This document shows, in pieces, positions 41,743 through 51,858 of a stretch of 64,000 bases of DNA (position 1 is the first letter of the stretch; each line of letters opens with the position of its first letter). Source of the stretch: a virus (Duplodnaviria > Caudoviricetes); the IMG/VR virus record IMGVR_UViG_3300031867_000010, positions 1 to 64,000 of that record; one strand, given 5' to 3'. Made by a program: the position numbers and the translations under genes. The notes under the pieces were generated by a model. That model saw only the letters and a list, made by a program, of their open reading frames with translations, did not search any database and was not told the DNA's origin.

Positions 41743-42986
41743 TAACCCTCATATCCAGGCGGGTATGAATCAATAACTAATCTAAGCCTATCATCACTTC
41801 TTATTTTTCTTTGCATACACATTGTTAATAACTGTTGTAATTTACTTCTGTACTGTATTAAATAATTCATACTGTGAGGTACGTCATATTTTCCAGAATA
41901 CTTATCATTTTGTAAAATATCAATGTAGTATTGAGCAGTATCTAATTTATTTCGTATGTATGAAAGAATGAGTAATTTGTCATCGTTATTTTTAATATCA
42001 TCTATTTGTACTTGAATGTAATCAATAGCATATGGATCAAGAGGTTTTAATTTCTTTTTAAATATAAAAAACTCTGTATAATAATTATCTTCTATATCAT
42101 GAATCTTTTCTGTGAAATAGTTCATTCTGATTTCATCAGATATATAGAAATCACTCTGATTTGACTTCTCTGTATAGAATGCTCTTGTTGATTTCAAATA
42201 TTCTTTAATATATTCACTTGGTGTTGTAAGTATCAATTTATCAAGTAAATTCTGATTTAACTTACCTTGTCTTTTTTCAAAATTACTTATCATTTCTGTA
42301 GAGAATTTGAAAACTTCTTCCATATTCTTTTCTGGAGTCATAATGGAAGGTTTTGATATCTTATTAAGTACTGAGTAAAGTTCTGGTCCATATCCAAGAT
42401 TTTTAGCATATTTGTCTGCTTTATACTCTTCTTTTATATTAGAAGAAGTTGTACAAGAATCTATTATGGGTAATGACATCATTGATGAAAATTTGTCATT
42501 CTTCAAAATCAATTTAAATTTTGTAGAAAGATTGGCAAATTCATATTTCATTACTCTAGCAATTCTTTGGGGTATACTATTACTATAAACAGTATGACCT
42601 ATTTCATGAAGTAAAACAGCAGTACATTCTCTAGCCGAAAATGGTGCTAAAAAATTATCAATCATTCGTCTATCTATTTCAACAATCCATGATTTATTTT
42701 TTGACCAAACTTCTGCTATTATAGAAGAAGGACTTTCATTTACTATTGATTGAATTATTTTGTTTACTGTAGATATTTCTGGGAATACAGACATTAAACA
42801 AACTGGATCGGTATTTTTTGTTTTAAGTATTCTTATGGTAAATGATTGATTATACATATTGGTTAATTCTTTTTCTATCTGTACGATAGCAGCTTGATTA
42901 TTGATATTTGCTTTTAAATCCAAAAAGGCTTTATCAATAGTTTCAAGCCTAGCTTTTAATCTAGTTTTTTTAGTCTCTATAATCAT
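41742..42986 (-). CDS. Zincin-like metallopeptidase (probable virion protein)
   Basis: AVLLHEIGH and EEYKADKYA..LGY. Late motif at 43011-43022. Confidence 0.7.
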   Translation of the reverse strand: MIIETKKTRLKARLETIDKAFLDLKANINNQAAIVQIEKELTNMYNQSFTIRILKTKNTDPVCLMSVFPEISTVNKIIQSIVNESPSSIIAEVWSKNKSWIVEIDRRMIDNFLAPFSARECTAVLLHEIGHTVYSNSIPQRIARVMKYEFANLSTKFKLILKNDKFSSMMSLPIIDSCTTSSNIKEEYKADKYAKNLGYGPELYSVLNKISKPSIMTPEKNMEEVFKFSTEMISNFEKRQGKLNQNLLDKLILTTPSEYIKEYLKSTRAFYTEKSNQSDFYISDEIRMNYFTEKIHDIEDNYYTEFFIFKKKLKPLDPYAIDYIQVQIDDIKNNDDKLLILSYIRNKLDTAQYYIDILQNDKYSGKYDVPHSMNYLIQYRSKLQQLLTMCMQRKIRSDDRLRLVIDSYPPGYEG

Positions 42987-43045
42987 GTAACTACCAGCCT
43001 TTCTTATTATTATTCAAATGTTTTTTGGTGATGACTATTCATATA

Positions 43046-43085
43046 AAACAAGACAATGACTAATCAATTAGTCATTGTCTTGTTT
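43046..43085 (-). terminator. Terminator
   Basis: AAACAAGACAATGACTAAT/ATTAGTCATTGTCTTGTTT inverted repeat. Confidence 0.75.
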
Positions 43086-43098
43086 CTCATATAACATA

Positions 43099-44263
43099 TT
43101 ACCAACTAGCTACTTCTTGTCTCATCACTGTTAATCTCTTTTTAGCATTCTTTATAGCATTTTTTACTCTAGCAAAAGCTATCTTACCATTTACATTAGC
43201 TTTACTTAATCCATATCCTACACCAGCACCTATACCAGCACCTACAGTACCTCCAATAGCAGTACCTTTAAGATTAAATTTCTTTTTGCTATTAGTAGAT
43301 GTAGTATTACCTATTGGTTCTTGATTAGGTTGTTTATTAATATTCACAGGTCCTACACCTTTACCATTATTAGGTTGTCTACGTTGTCTTTCAGGAATAT
43401 TATCCTTTGTAAGATTTACTCTATTCATTTTGTACGGATCATTGTCTGATAAATTGTATCTATTAATATTTTCTTGACGTTGGTACATATCTGTTAAGTC
43501 ATCATAATCATTACCAATAGGATCACTTTTATCATTCATATTAATATATTGACCAGTACCTGTCGATCGTAAGTAGTCAGAGTAATAACTTTTAGCCTTA
43601 GGACCACGTTTTTTAATAACGTAATTTGATACTTTTCTATCTCCATCTGCAATACTGCTTCGGTTTTCAATCTTTTTCAAAGCTTCATCACCAGAAGCAC
43701 GTAATTCATATCTATCTGTTCCATCTGTAATTGACGGTATTGGTCCACTATATCTTACTTTAGGTTTATCTTGTTGTGTACTAGCATTACCTATTGGTTG
43801 TGGCTCAATAGGAGAAGCATTTTTTTTTAGGTTTTTTAGGTTTATTACGACGTGCTTCCATATAATAATCATACCAATAATCATAATATACACTTTCTTT
43901 AACACTATTAGCATTTTTATTACCTATTATATTACCTATTATACTTCCACCTATACCACCAAGTACTGTAGTAATAGATGTTAATAATGCAGAACCATTA
44001 CCAGAGAAATCATCTGCTGACATCCTATTAACCATGTTATCTAGTTTATTAATAGTCTTAGACATAAGCGAAATACACTTATTACCTAATGACTTATTCT
44101 TAGTCTTTCTAGCATTAGAATACTCATGGTTTATCTGTTTTATCTCAACTAATAAAGGTTTAATATCATTAGGAGTATATTGAGATTCTGTATAATAATC
44201 ATTATATGAATATGATTCTTTATATGTATCTATAAGATTATATAATTCATTAAAATCAGCCAT
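43099..44263 (-). pseudogene. MADFN-family paralogue 4, out of frame at the A9 tract (43820-43828)
   Basis: ORF 43805-44263 (N cassette) and ORF 43099-43914 (payload plus C cassette) join if A9 becomes A8, giving PKKPKKNASPIEPQ. Confidence 0.85.
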
Positions 44264-44347
44264 AATAATTATCCTTTCTTATATATAATTATAATTGAAT
44301 ATTAAAGATTTGTTTTTTTTTGTATATGAAATGCGAGTTTCATACTT

Positions 44348-45076
44348 TTAAAAGTTAGGAGTAACTTTTCTTTTCATAGCAGCTTTTAATTGTTTATACA
44401 TCGAATCAATTTCTACTAATGTATTTTTAAGTATTATCGAAACTCTTGCTTGCATTCGTGTTGTGAATGTACTAACACTTACTCCATAACCAATAGCACC
44501 TCCTATTGCTGCACCAGCACCAATGGTTTTTGCAGTTTGGAATTTTGTTGGAAGAATAAGATCTTTATTTTCTTTTTTAAATTTAGCTAAGTCTTCCTTA
44601 AGTTTTAAAGCTTCCTCAGCTGTTTTAGTGTTTTTAATCATAAGATTCGTGTCATTAGTTATTTGCTTAACATTTTTTCTATTATTTTTTATAATATCCA
44701 AATTTTGTTTTGTCCCTTTTCCAAGAAGTATAGGAACTAATATACCTGTAACAGATCCTATTAAAGTTGGTATTTGACATACTCTACTGGCAGCACTTGC
44801 AAAAGCTATAGGATCATTTTTCAAAATATCCATTTCAGTTGCGACTTTATTTACAAGTGATTTCATATTGAGTATACATTTTTCAGCGGCAACAAAATCC
44901 GAAGAGTCTAATGCTATTTTGAATTTTTTTTTATTATCGTTTATCTTTTTGACACATTCGTTTATCTTATTATAGTGCCTCAAGCCATCTCTACCATATC
45001 TGAATGCCATTCCAGCATCTACTACAGGATTTGACATTATTCGTTTTAAATCTGAAGCATCTTCCATAACTTCCAT
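44348..45076 (-). CDS. Distant MADFN-family relative (paralogue 5)
   Basis: Same helix-helix / TM1 / variable / IGAGAAIGGAIGYG / C-helix layout. Late motif at 45110-45121. Confidence 0.7.
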   Translation of the reverse strand: MEVMEDASDLKRIMSNPVVDAGMAFRYGRDGLRHYNKINECVKKINDNKKKFKIALDSSDFVAAEKCILNMKSLVNKVATEMDILKNDPIAFASAASRVCQIPTLIGSVTGILVPILLGKGTKQNLDIIKNNRKNVKQITNDTNLMIKNTKTAEEALKLKEDLAKFKKENKDLILPTKFQTAKTIGAGAAIGGAIGYGVSVSTFTTRMQARVSIILKNTLVEIDSMYKQLKAAMKRKVTPNF

Positions 45077-45130
45077 AATGTAATCTCCTTCTTATTATTT
45101 TTACTTAATTAAAAATATGTTTTGAAGAAG

Positions 45131-45171
45131 AAGTATATCAAGCAAATGTAATACATTTGCTTGATATACTT
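45131..45171 (-). terminator. Terminator
   Basis: AAGTATATCAAGCAAATGTA/TACATTTGCTTGATATACTT inverted repeat. Confidence 0.75.
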
Positions 45172-45189
45172 TAATTAAAAATTATATTT

Positions 45190-46308
45190 TTAGTCTTCCA
45201 TCATCATTTCATAAAGAACTTCAGCTTCATCTTCATCTATCTCGCCTGTATATACAGACTCTTCAATAGCTTCAACGATATTATCTTCTAATGTATTACC
45301 ATAATCGTCATAATCATCGTCATAACCATAATCATCGTAGTCATCATAGTCATCATAATCTGACTCAAAGTACATATCATAATCCATATTCATATAGCTA
45401 TCAAGATCCTCCGCAAATTCATAATACATGTCATAGTCTGCATAATCGAAAACTGATTCTTTCATAGGCTTGCCCCAGTTAGCAAGTTGACGTTCCATTT
45501 CGGTTATAGCCTTCTCAGCATCATCAAGAGATTTCATAATCTTTTTATATGCCATCTTACCAGTAACATTCAACTTAGCTAAAGCAACACCAGTACCAGC
45601 ACCGACAGCAGCACCAACTCCTGTTGAAACTCCCATTGAAACTTTGTTTGCTTTTATAAATTCTTTAGCATCACTTATTGACTTACCGAGATCGAATAAC
45701 TTATTCTTTACTGCTTGAGGTTCTTGAGATTGCGCAGCTGGAGCTGGAGCAGATCCCCCTTTTTTGTTTGCTTTGTTTGCTTTATTTGCCTTTCTATTTT
45801 CATTCCAAGTTTTGAGTCCGTCTATAAGACCTTCAGTATAAAGCTGTCCCATAGCTCTATCGTACGCCGATTCTCCAGCGTAGTATTCATCATCTAAAGT
45901 AGCTGGATCCCCAGCAGGATTCTTAGCATTCTTTTTAGCCGCTCTCCAATCCTTAAACTTACCCACACCTTTCTTACCAGCACTCCATGTTGGTATAGTT
46001 AATGCACCAACCAGTGTACCAACTGCGGTTGAAATACCAATAAGTGCAGGTGCAGCAGCATTAAGATCAGCTGCGGAAAGACCTCCTGCAAGTCTCTTAG
46101 CACTTTTAACAGCCATCTTAGCTTCTTTCAAAGCTACTTTAGCAAGAGCTTTATCACCTTGCTTAATGGCTGCTCCAAACTTCTTCTTAGCTTGTTTGAT
46201 TACTGTAACATACTGCTTAATCTGTTGGGCAATAGCCTTGCCACTAGAATTATCAGCTTCTGTATAGTAATCATCTATTAAATCATATAATTCATTAAAA
46301 TCTGCCAT
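45190..46308 (-). CDS. MADFN-family paralogue 6 with acidic D/Y-rich C-terminal extension
   Basis: MADFNELYDLIDDYYTEA leader, TM1, GVGAAVGAGTGVAL and KLNVTGKMAY. Late motif at 46353-46364. Confidence 0.85.
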   Translation of the reverse strand: MADFNELYDLIDDYYTEADNSSGKAIAQQIKQYVTVIKQAKKKFGAAIKQGDKALAKVALKEAKMAVKSAKRLAGGLSAADLNAAAPALIGISTAVGTLVGALTIPTWSAGKKGVGKFKDWRAAKKNAKNPAGDPATLDDEYYAGESAYDRAMGQLYTEGLIDGLKTWNENRKANKANKANKKGGSAPAPAAQSQEPQAVKNKLFDLGKSISDAKEFIKANKVSMGVSTGVGAAVGAGTGVALAKLNVTGKMAYKKIMKSLDDAEKAITEMERQLANWGKPMKESVFDYADYDMYYEFAEDLDSYMNMDYDMYFESDYDDYDDYDDYGYDDDYDDYGNTLEDNIVEAIEESVYTGEIDEDEAEVLYEMMMED

Positions 46309-46384
46309 AATAGTTAAATCCTTTCTATAAATTTTATTAATTTATAAAGTATTACAGAAATGTTTGTAATTCGTATCTAATTTT

Positions 46385-49033
46385 TTACCAGCTAGCTACT
46401 TCTCTTTGCATTATACTTAATCTCTTTTTAGCATTCTTTATAGCATTCTTTACTCTAGCAAAAGCTATCTTACCATTTACATTAGCTTTACTTAATCCAT
46501 ATCCTACACCAGCACCTATACCAGCACCTACAGTACCTCCAATAGCAGTACCTTTAAGATTAAATTTCTTTTTAGTATTAGTAGATGTAGTATTATCTTC
46601 ATTATTATTAGTAGCATTACCTATTGGTTCTTGATTAGGTTGTTTATTAATATTCACAGGTCCTACACCTTTACCATTATTAGGCTGTCTACGTTGTCTT
46701 TCAGGAATATTATCCTTTGTAAGATTTACTCTATTCATTTTAGGTATTTCTTGTTCTTCACTATTAGTAGCATTACCAATAGGTTCTTGTTCACTTGGTT
46801 TCTGCGTATTAGCATCACGATATACTTTGTTACCTACTTTTGTATATTTATTAGAACCAGAACCTCTTTTTAAGTTATATTTACGTCTAGGTTCACTAGG
46901 TATATTTTGTTCTTCATTATTATTAGTAACATTACCTATTGGTTCTTGATTAGGTTGTTTATTAATATTCACAGGTCCTACACCTTTACCATTATTAGGT
47001 TGTCTACGCTGTCTTTCAGGAATATTATCCTTTGTAAGATTTACTTTATTCATTTTAGGTATTTCTTGTTCTTCACTATTAGTAACATTGCCTATTGGTT
47101 CTTGATTAGTTGGTTCTTGTTTAGCAAGTTTAGGACCACGCTTAGGATTTAAAGTATTTAGCATTAAATCAGAAGTTGGAACGCCGTATCTATTTCTCTG
47201 TACATTTAAAAACTTATTCTGTGATCTAATTGTATTTAAACTATTATCACCAGATGGTTCATAGTACATATTATTGGAAGTTAAATTTCTTGAATTTGCC
47301 TTAGGCATATTTTGTTTAATATCCACATGACTTATCGGTCCTTGGTGTTCAGGTGGTTTGGGCTTGTCTTGAATTTTTTTGATATCAATGTTTCTTCTAC
47401 GGATTTCATCATTTACAGAATTCCATTGTGAAATATTATGATAGTATCTTTTACTTTCTTTTTTTGTAAGATATTTGTCAGTGAATATTGATCTATTAGT
47501 TAATGGTCTACGTTGATTAATAGTATTGTAACTTTTATCATTAATAGTATCAATATATGATTTAAGTCTTATAAGATCATTATCTGACAAAGTTTGAATT
47601 CCTGAGCTAAATGGATTAGTGCTACCTTTACCATTCCTGTACACTTTCTGCATAATATAATTAATATCTTTATTGGCTTCTTGTATCTCTTTCTTATATT
47701 GGTCTTTTGTTATATTTCTTGAAGAAGGCATTTGAGTTTTTTTATTAACTTCATCACTCATATTTTTAATAGTTTCTTTATCAAATTTATATAAAAATTT
47801 TCTAGTACGCCTGCCGTTGTTGTTCATATGAAAATCAGTGGCAGCAACTCTAATAGCATCAATCGCCTTATTATATGCCTTATAATATTCAATGTCATGC
47901 TTATCTAGTCCAGATTTTTGTAGTATTTCTTTATCCAAAAATTGTTTTATTTCATCTTTATTATGGATGTTGCCATTTTCTTTATCAATATCAATTTTAC
48001 CAAAGCCATCTATATAAACACCATCACTGCCAACTTTTAACCAAGAATATTTACGTTTTGGTGTAGTATTAGTGGTAGCATTACCAATAGGTTCTTGTTC
48101 ACTTGGTTTATTAACATCACGATATACTTTGTTACCTACTTTTGTATATTTATTAGAACCAGAACCCCTTTTTAAGTTATATTTACGTCTAGGTTCACTA
48201 GGTATATTTTGTTCTTTATTATTAGTAGCATTACCAATAGGTTCTTGTTTAGCTTGGTGTTTATTCATATCTTCCACTATTTTTAAAGCCTTATTGAATT
48301 TGATACTCAACATATCAATTTCATTATGTATATTTGTATACTTATTCTTTTTATCATTTAGCTTTGGTTTATTTTTTTTTATTATTTTAAAAAAATCTGC
48401 AATTACACTACTCTTCCCTGGTTGATTAGAATAATTTTTCATAAAACTATTAACTGCATTTTTGTCGGTTCCATTACTAGCAATTATTCTATCCAAATTA
48501 CTATTGATATGACCTATATTATATGCTAATCTTGGTATTTTATTGGTATAATAATCAAATAACTGTGGAAACTGTTCACGAGCTTCTTTTATTTTCTTAT
48601 CTTCAGAATCAGATGCTTCCATATAATAATCATACCAATAATCATCATATGTACTTTCTTTTACTTCTTTATTAGCATTTTTATTACCTATTATATTACC
48701 TATTATACTTCCACCTATACCACCAAGTACTGTAGTAATAGATGTTAATAATGCTGCTCCATTACCAGAGAAATCATCTGCTGTCATAGAATTAACTACG
48801 TTATCTAATTTATTAATAGTCTTAGACATAAGTGAAATACACTTATTGCCTAATGATTTATTCTTAGTCTTTCTAGCATTAGAATACTCACTATTTATTT
48901 GCTTTATTTGTATTAATAAAGGTTTAATATCATTAGGAGTATATTGAGATTCTGTATAATAATCATTATAATCATATTTATATGATTCTTTATATGTATC
49001 TATTAAATCATATAATTCATTAAAATCAGCCAT
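46385..49033 (-). CDS. MADFN-family paralogue 7 (882 aa, six QEPIGN modules)
   Basis: Intact N and C cassettes, with internal direct repeats of ~150 bp. Confidence 0.9.
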   Translation of the reverse strand: MADFNELYDLIDTYKESYKYDYNDYYTESQYTPNDIKPLLIQIKQINSEYSNARKTKNKSLGNKCISLMSKTINKLDNVVNSMTADDFSGNGAALLTSITTVLGGIGGSIIGNIIGNKNANKEVKESTYDDYWYDYYMEASDSEDKKIKEAREQFPQLFDYYTNKIPRLAYNIGHINSNLDRIIASNGTDKNAVNSFMKNYSNQPGKSSVIADFFKIIKKNKPKLNDKKNKYTNIHNEIDMLSIKFNKALKIVEDMNKHQAKQEPIGNATNNKEQNIPSEPRRKYNLKRGSGSNKYTKVGNKVYRDVNKPSEQEPIGNATTNTTPKRKYSWLKVGSDGVYIDGFGKIDIDKENGNIHNKDEIKQFLDKEILQKSGLDKHDIEYYKAYNKAIDAIRVAATDFHMNNNGRRTRKFLYKFDKETIKNMSDEVNKKTQMPSSRNITKDQYKKEIQEANKDINYIMQKVYRNGKGSTNPFSSGIQTLSDNDLIRLKSYIDTINDKSYNTINQRRPLTNRSIFTDKYLTKKESKRYYHNISQWNSVNDEIRRRNIDIKKIQDKPKPPEHQGPISHVDIKQNMPKANSRNLTSNNMYYEPSGDNSLNTIRSQNKFLNVQRNRYGVPTSDLMLNTLNPKRGPKLAKQEPTNQEPIGNVTNSEEQEIPKMNKVNLTKDNIPERQRRQPNNGKGVGPVNINKQPNQEPIGNVTNNNEEQNIPSEPRRKYNLKRGSGSNKYTKVGNKVYRDANTQKPSEQEPIGNATNSEEQEIPKMNRVNLTKDNIPERQRRQPNNGKGVGPVNINKQPNQEPIGNATNNNEDNTTSTNTKKKFNLKGTAIGGTVGAGIGAGVGYGLSKANVNGKIAFARVKNAIKNAKKRLSIMQREVASW

Positions 49034-49105
49034 AATAATTATCCTTTCTTATATAGTTATAATTTAAATATTAAAGATTTGTTTTTTTTTGTATATGAAT
49101 GGGGT

Positions 49106-49148
49106 AATTAAAGTAACAGCATATTTTTAATATGCTGTTACTTTAATT
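49106..49148 (-). terminator. Terminator
   Basis: AATTAAAGTAACAGCATATT/AATATGCTGTTACTTTAATT inverted repeat. Confidence 0.75.
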
Positions 49149-51720
49149 ATTTTTCTATTATAATTTCATTAACCAAATCACTTTTATCTATCTTAGATCC
49201 ATCTATACTAATTGCATCTACAGGATAGGATGAAAACATATTATTATGCGATATTATAAATAATTGCTCAGCATTTATCATTTCAAGAAGTCTTTCTATC
49301 ATAGCTATAAAATTTGATCTGTTAGATTCATCGAGTACCGAATCCAATTCATCTAAAAGCATAATATTATATTTAGACATACTCTGAAATGATATAGCAA
49401 ATGAGAGCGTTATTGAGAAAAATGATTTCTCACCATCAGAAGCATATCGTATATCTGGAATCTCCTTACCATCTTTAATAAATGGAATGGTAAAACTATT
49501 TTCATTTATATCAAATTTTGATACATACTTTTCACCACTGTATATTTGATCCAATAAATCATTTACTACACTTAGTGCCTTTTTTAAATACATATCTATG
49601 AATATTAAAGGAATCCCATCATTTGGTGACAATGAATTCTTAAGCAAAACCCAACTATCATAGAATTTTCTATAAGTCTTTAAATATTTACTTGTATTTT
49701 TAAATGTTAGTATATTAAATTCTAGTTTACTTATTTCATTAGATAAATTAACCTCATCTCTTTGAAGATTTACCTTTTTGAAGGATTTATCGTTTTCTTC
49801 TTTTAATAAGGTTTCCCTAGTTTCGACATATTCTTTATTCAATTTATATTTCTCTTCAAGTAAATCTTTTTCTTCAAGAATTTCTATATATTCATCTATA
49901 TTTTCAAGTTCAACGGAATATTTTTTATTAGTTTCAATAAGTCTATTATAATCATTTTTGTAATTATTATATTTATAATTGGATATATTTAACTTATTCT
50001 CTAAAGAAGTCTTACTATTTAATAAATAATTTACAGATGAGTTATTCACAATATTATCTTTTTCTTTTATTTTTTCATCTAATGTTACTTTCATATTTAG
50101 ATAATTTTCATAATCTGTTATAAAAGCCAGTTCATTAAAAAAATCTTTTTGATTATATATCGGTTGACATTTGGATATATTATCCAATAGCGTCTTTACT
50201 ATAAAAGATTCTTTAATATATTTTGGAAGTTTTTCAAACAAATCTTTCTTTTGTGTAAATGAATTAATCACTTCTTTTATTGTTAGGTAAGACATCCTTA
50301 TATATGAAATATACTCATCATCATAGGTTATACTGTCAAATGATAACTTACTTATATCAATAAATTCATCAATAATTTTTTTATATACACAGTTATCACA
50401 CGATGGTTTTGATTTTAAATTATATTTTGATAAAACCGACTGTATAACTTTTTTAGAAGATTTTAATTCATTATTCTCTTTATCCTTTTTAGCAGCATCC
50501 ATTATATACTCAGAAATATCTTTCTTCTTTTCTATAATATTAATCGCCTCTTTAATAGGCTTACTTCCAAAGCTATATATGTTATTTAGTGCATTTTGTT
50601 TTTCTTTTAAAAAGACTAAGGTATTATTTATATCTTCTTTCGTATAATTTATTTTCCCAGTATAATCTGCATATACAATATCAAGTTCGTTTATCTTTTT
50701 TGTGAGTTCTTTAATATAATCATCAATCCCATCAATGTCAAGGTTTAGTTCTATTTTAGATAACTGATTATTTATTTCATCCAAATCATTTTCGTATGAA
50801 TTTATCAAGTTGAGTTCATTATTTATAAATTCTTTAGATATTTTTATTTTTTCCTCATTATTAGTAAACTCTTTTAAAATATACTCTTTATCTTTTTTGA
50901 GACTTTCTATAGATTCATCATTAGTTTTTTTATTAAGTTTCAGCAATTTCTTGTAAGCATCTTCCATATCTTTTTTACATTCAACAGGGATATTAGAAAG
51001 TTTATATCTAATTAATGTAATATCCTTATCTAGTTTTGATATTGATTCTTTTAATGAAACTAAAATATCTTTTTTCTTCGTAAGTTGTTCTTTACTTTCA
51101 TCCAGATCTTTTACAGGGTTTTTATTTAGTTCATCTGTAGAATGGCTTATAAGAGTTTTTAGTGTAGACAACTCTGTATTTATTTTTTTATAGCACTTTA
51201 AATAAATATTAGTATCATCTAAAAGTTTGGACATAAAGGCTTTTCTTTCAGCACTCTTTAAATCTATCATATTTACAACACTATTCCCGAGCCTTACAAG
51301 TTTCATATACTCTTGCTCAAGTTCAAGTTCTGTTTTCACACATTCTTTAAAACTTGTGACATTACCGTTAGGGTTTAATTCTTCACCATTTTTCTTTATA
51401 AAACTTTTTACAGTATGAGTTTTCTTAGATGGTGAATAAAAATGATCTATAACATATTCGTTTTCGTTATCAATAATGACTATTTTCTTATGCCCAGATT
51501 TCCCTTCTTGTATAATTGGAAGAGCATCTCTTTCATCAATAGTTCCTAAAGTCGCAAATGGTTGTAGTTGAGAAAGTAGAACTGTTTTACCCTTACCATT
51601 TGGACCGACTATTAAACATATTTTATTTTTTGATTTATTAAAATCAATATGAATATAATCTAATTTCATTGCTGACTTTACACCAGCAAAATTTTCAAGT
51701 TCTAGTTCAGTTATTCTCAT
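49147..51720 (-). CDS. sbcC: SbcC/Rad50-like ABC ATPase (recombination exonuclease subunit)
   Basis: ENF, Walker A GPNGKGKT, coiled coil with CDNC hook, signature ASDGE, Walker B LLDELD, ISH. Confidence 0.9.
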   Translation of the reverse strand: MRITELELENFAGVKSAMKLDYIHIDFNKSKNKICLIVGPNGKGKTVLLSQLQPFATLGTIDERDALPIIQEGKSGHKKIVIIDNENEYVIDHFYSPSKKTHTVKSFIKKNGEELNPNGNVTSFKECVKTELELEQEYMKLVRLGNSVVNMIDLKSAERKAFMSKLLDDTNIYLKCYKKINTELSTLKTLISHSTDELNKNPVKDLDESKEQLTKKKDILVSLKESISKLDKDITLIRYKLSNIPVECKKDMEDAYKKLLKLNKKTNDESIESLKKDKEYILKEFTNNEEKIKISKEFINNELNLINSYENDLDEINNQLSKIELNLDIDGIDDYIKELTKKINELDIVYADYTGKINYTKEDINNTLVFLKEKQNALNNIYSFGSKPIKEAINIIEKKKDISEYIMDAAKKDKENNELKSSKKVIQSVLSKYNLKSKPSCDNCVYKKIIDEFIDISKLSFDSITYDDEYISYIRMSYLTIKEVINSFTQKKDLFEKLPKYIKESFIVKTLLDNISKCQPIYNQKDFFNELAFITDYENYLNMKVTLDEKIKEKDNIVNNSSVNYLLNSKTSLENKLNISNYKYNNYKNDYNRLIETNKKYSVELENIDEYIEILEEKDLLEEKYKLNKEYVETRETLLKEENDKSFKKVNLQRDEVNLSNEISKLEFNILTFKNTSKYLKTYRKFYDSWVLLKNSLSPNDGIPLIFIDMYLKKALSVVNDLLDQIYSGEKYVSKFDINENSFTIPFIKDGKEIPDIRYASDGEKSFFSITLSFAISFQSMSKYNIMLLDELDSVLDESNRSNFIAMIERLLEMINAEQLFIISHNNMFSSYPVDAISIDGSKIDKSDLVNEIIIEK

Positions 51721-51858
51721 AAATAACCTCCATTATAAATATAGAAATATTTACTATTATGTGAACCTTAAAATATTTATTTATGGTTATCACTCCATTT
51801 ATATACAAAAAAAAACAAATCTTTAATATTTAATTATATAAGAAAGGAAATTTGTATT

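Noticed and set aside
46600-48250. CRISPR array
   Set aside because: Repeats are in-frame coding sequence with synonymous variation, the spacers vary widely in length and repeat themselves, and no cas genes are present
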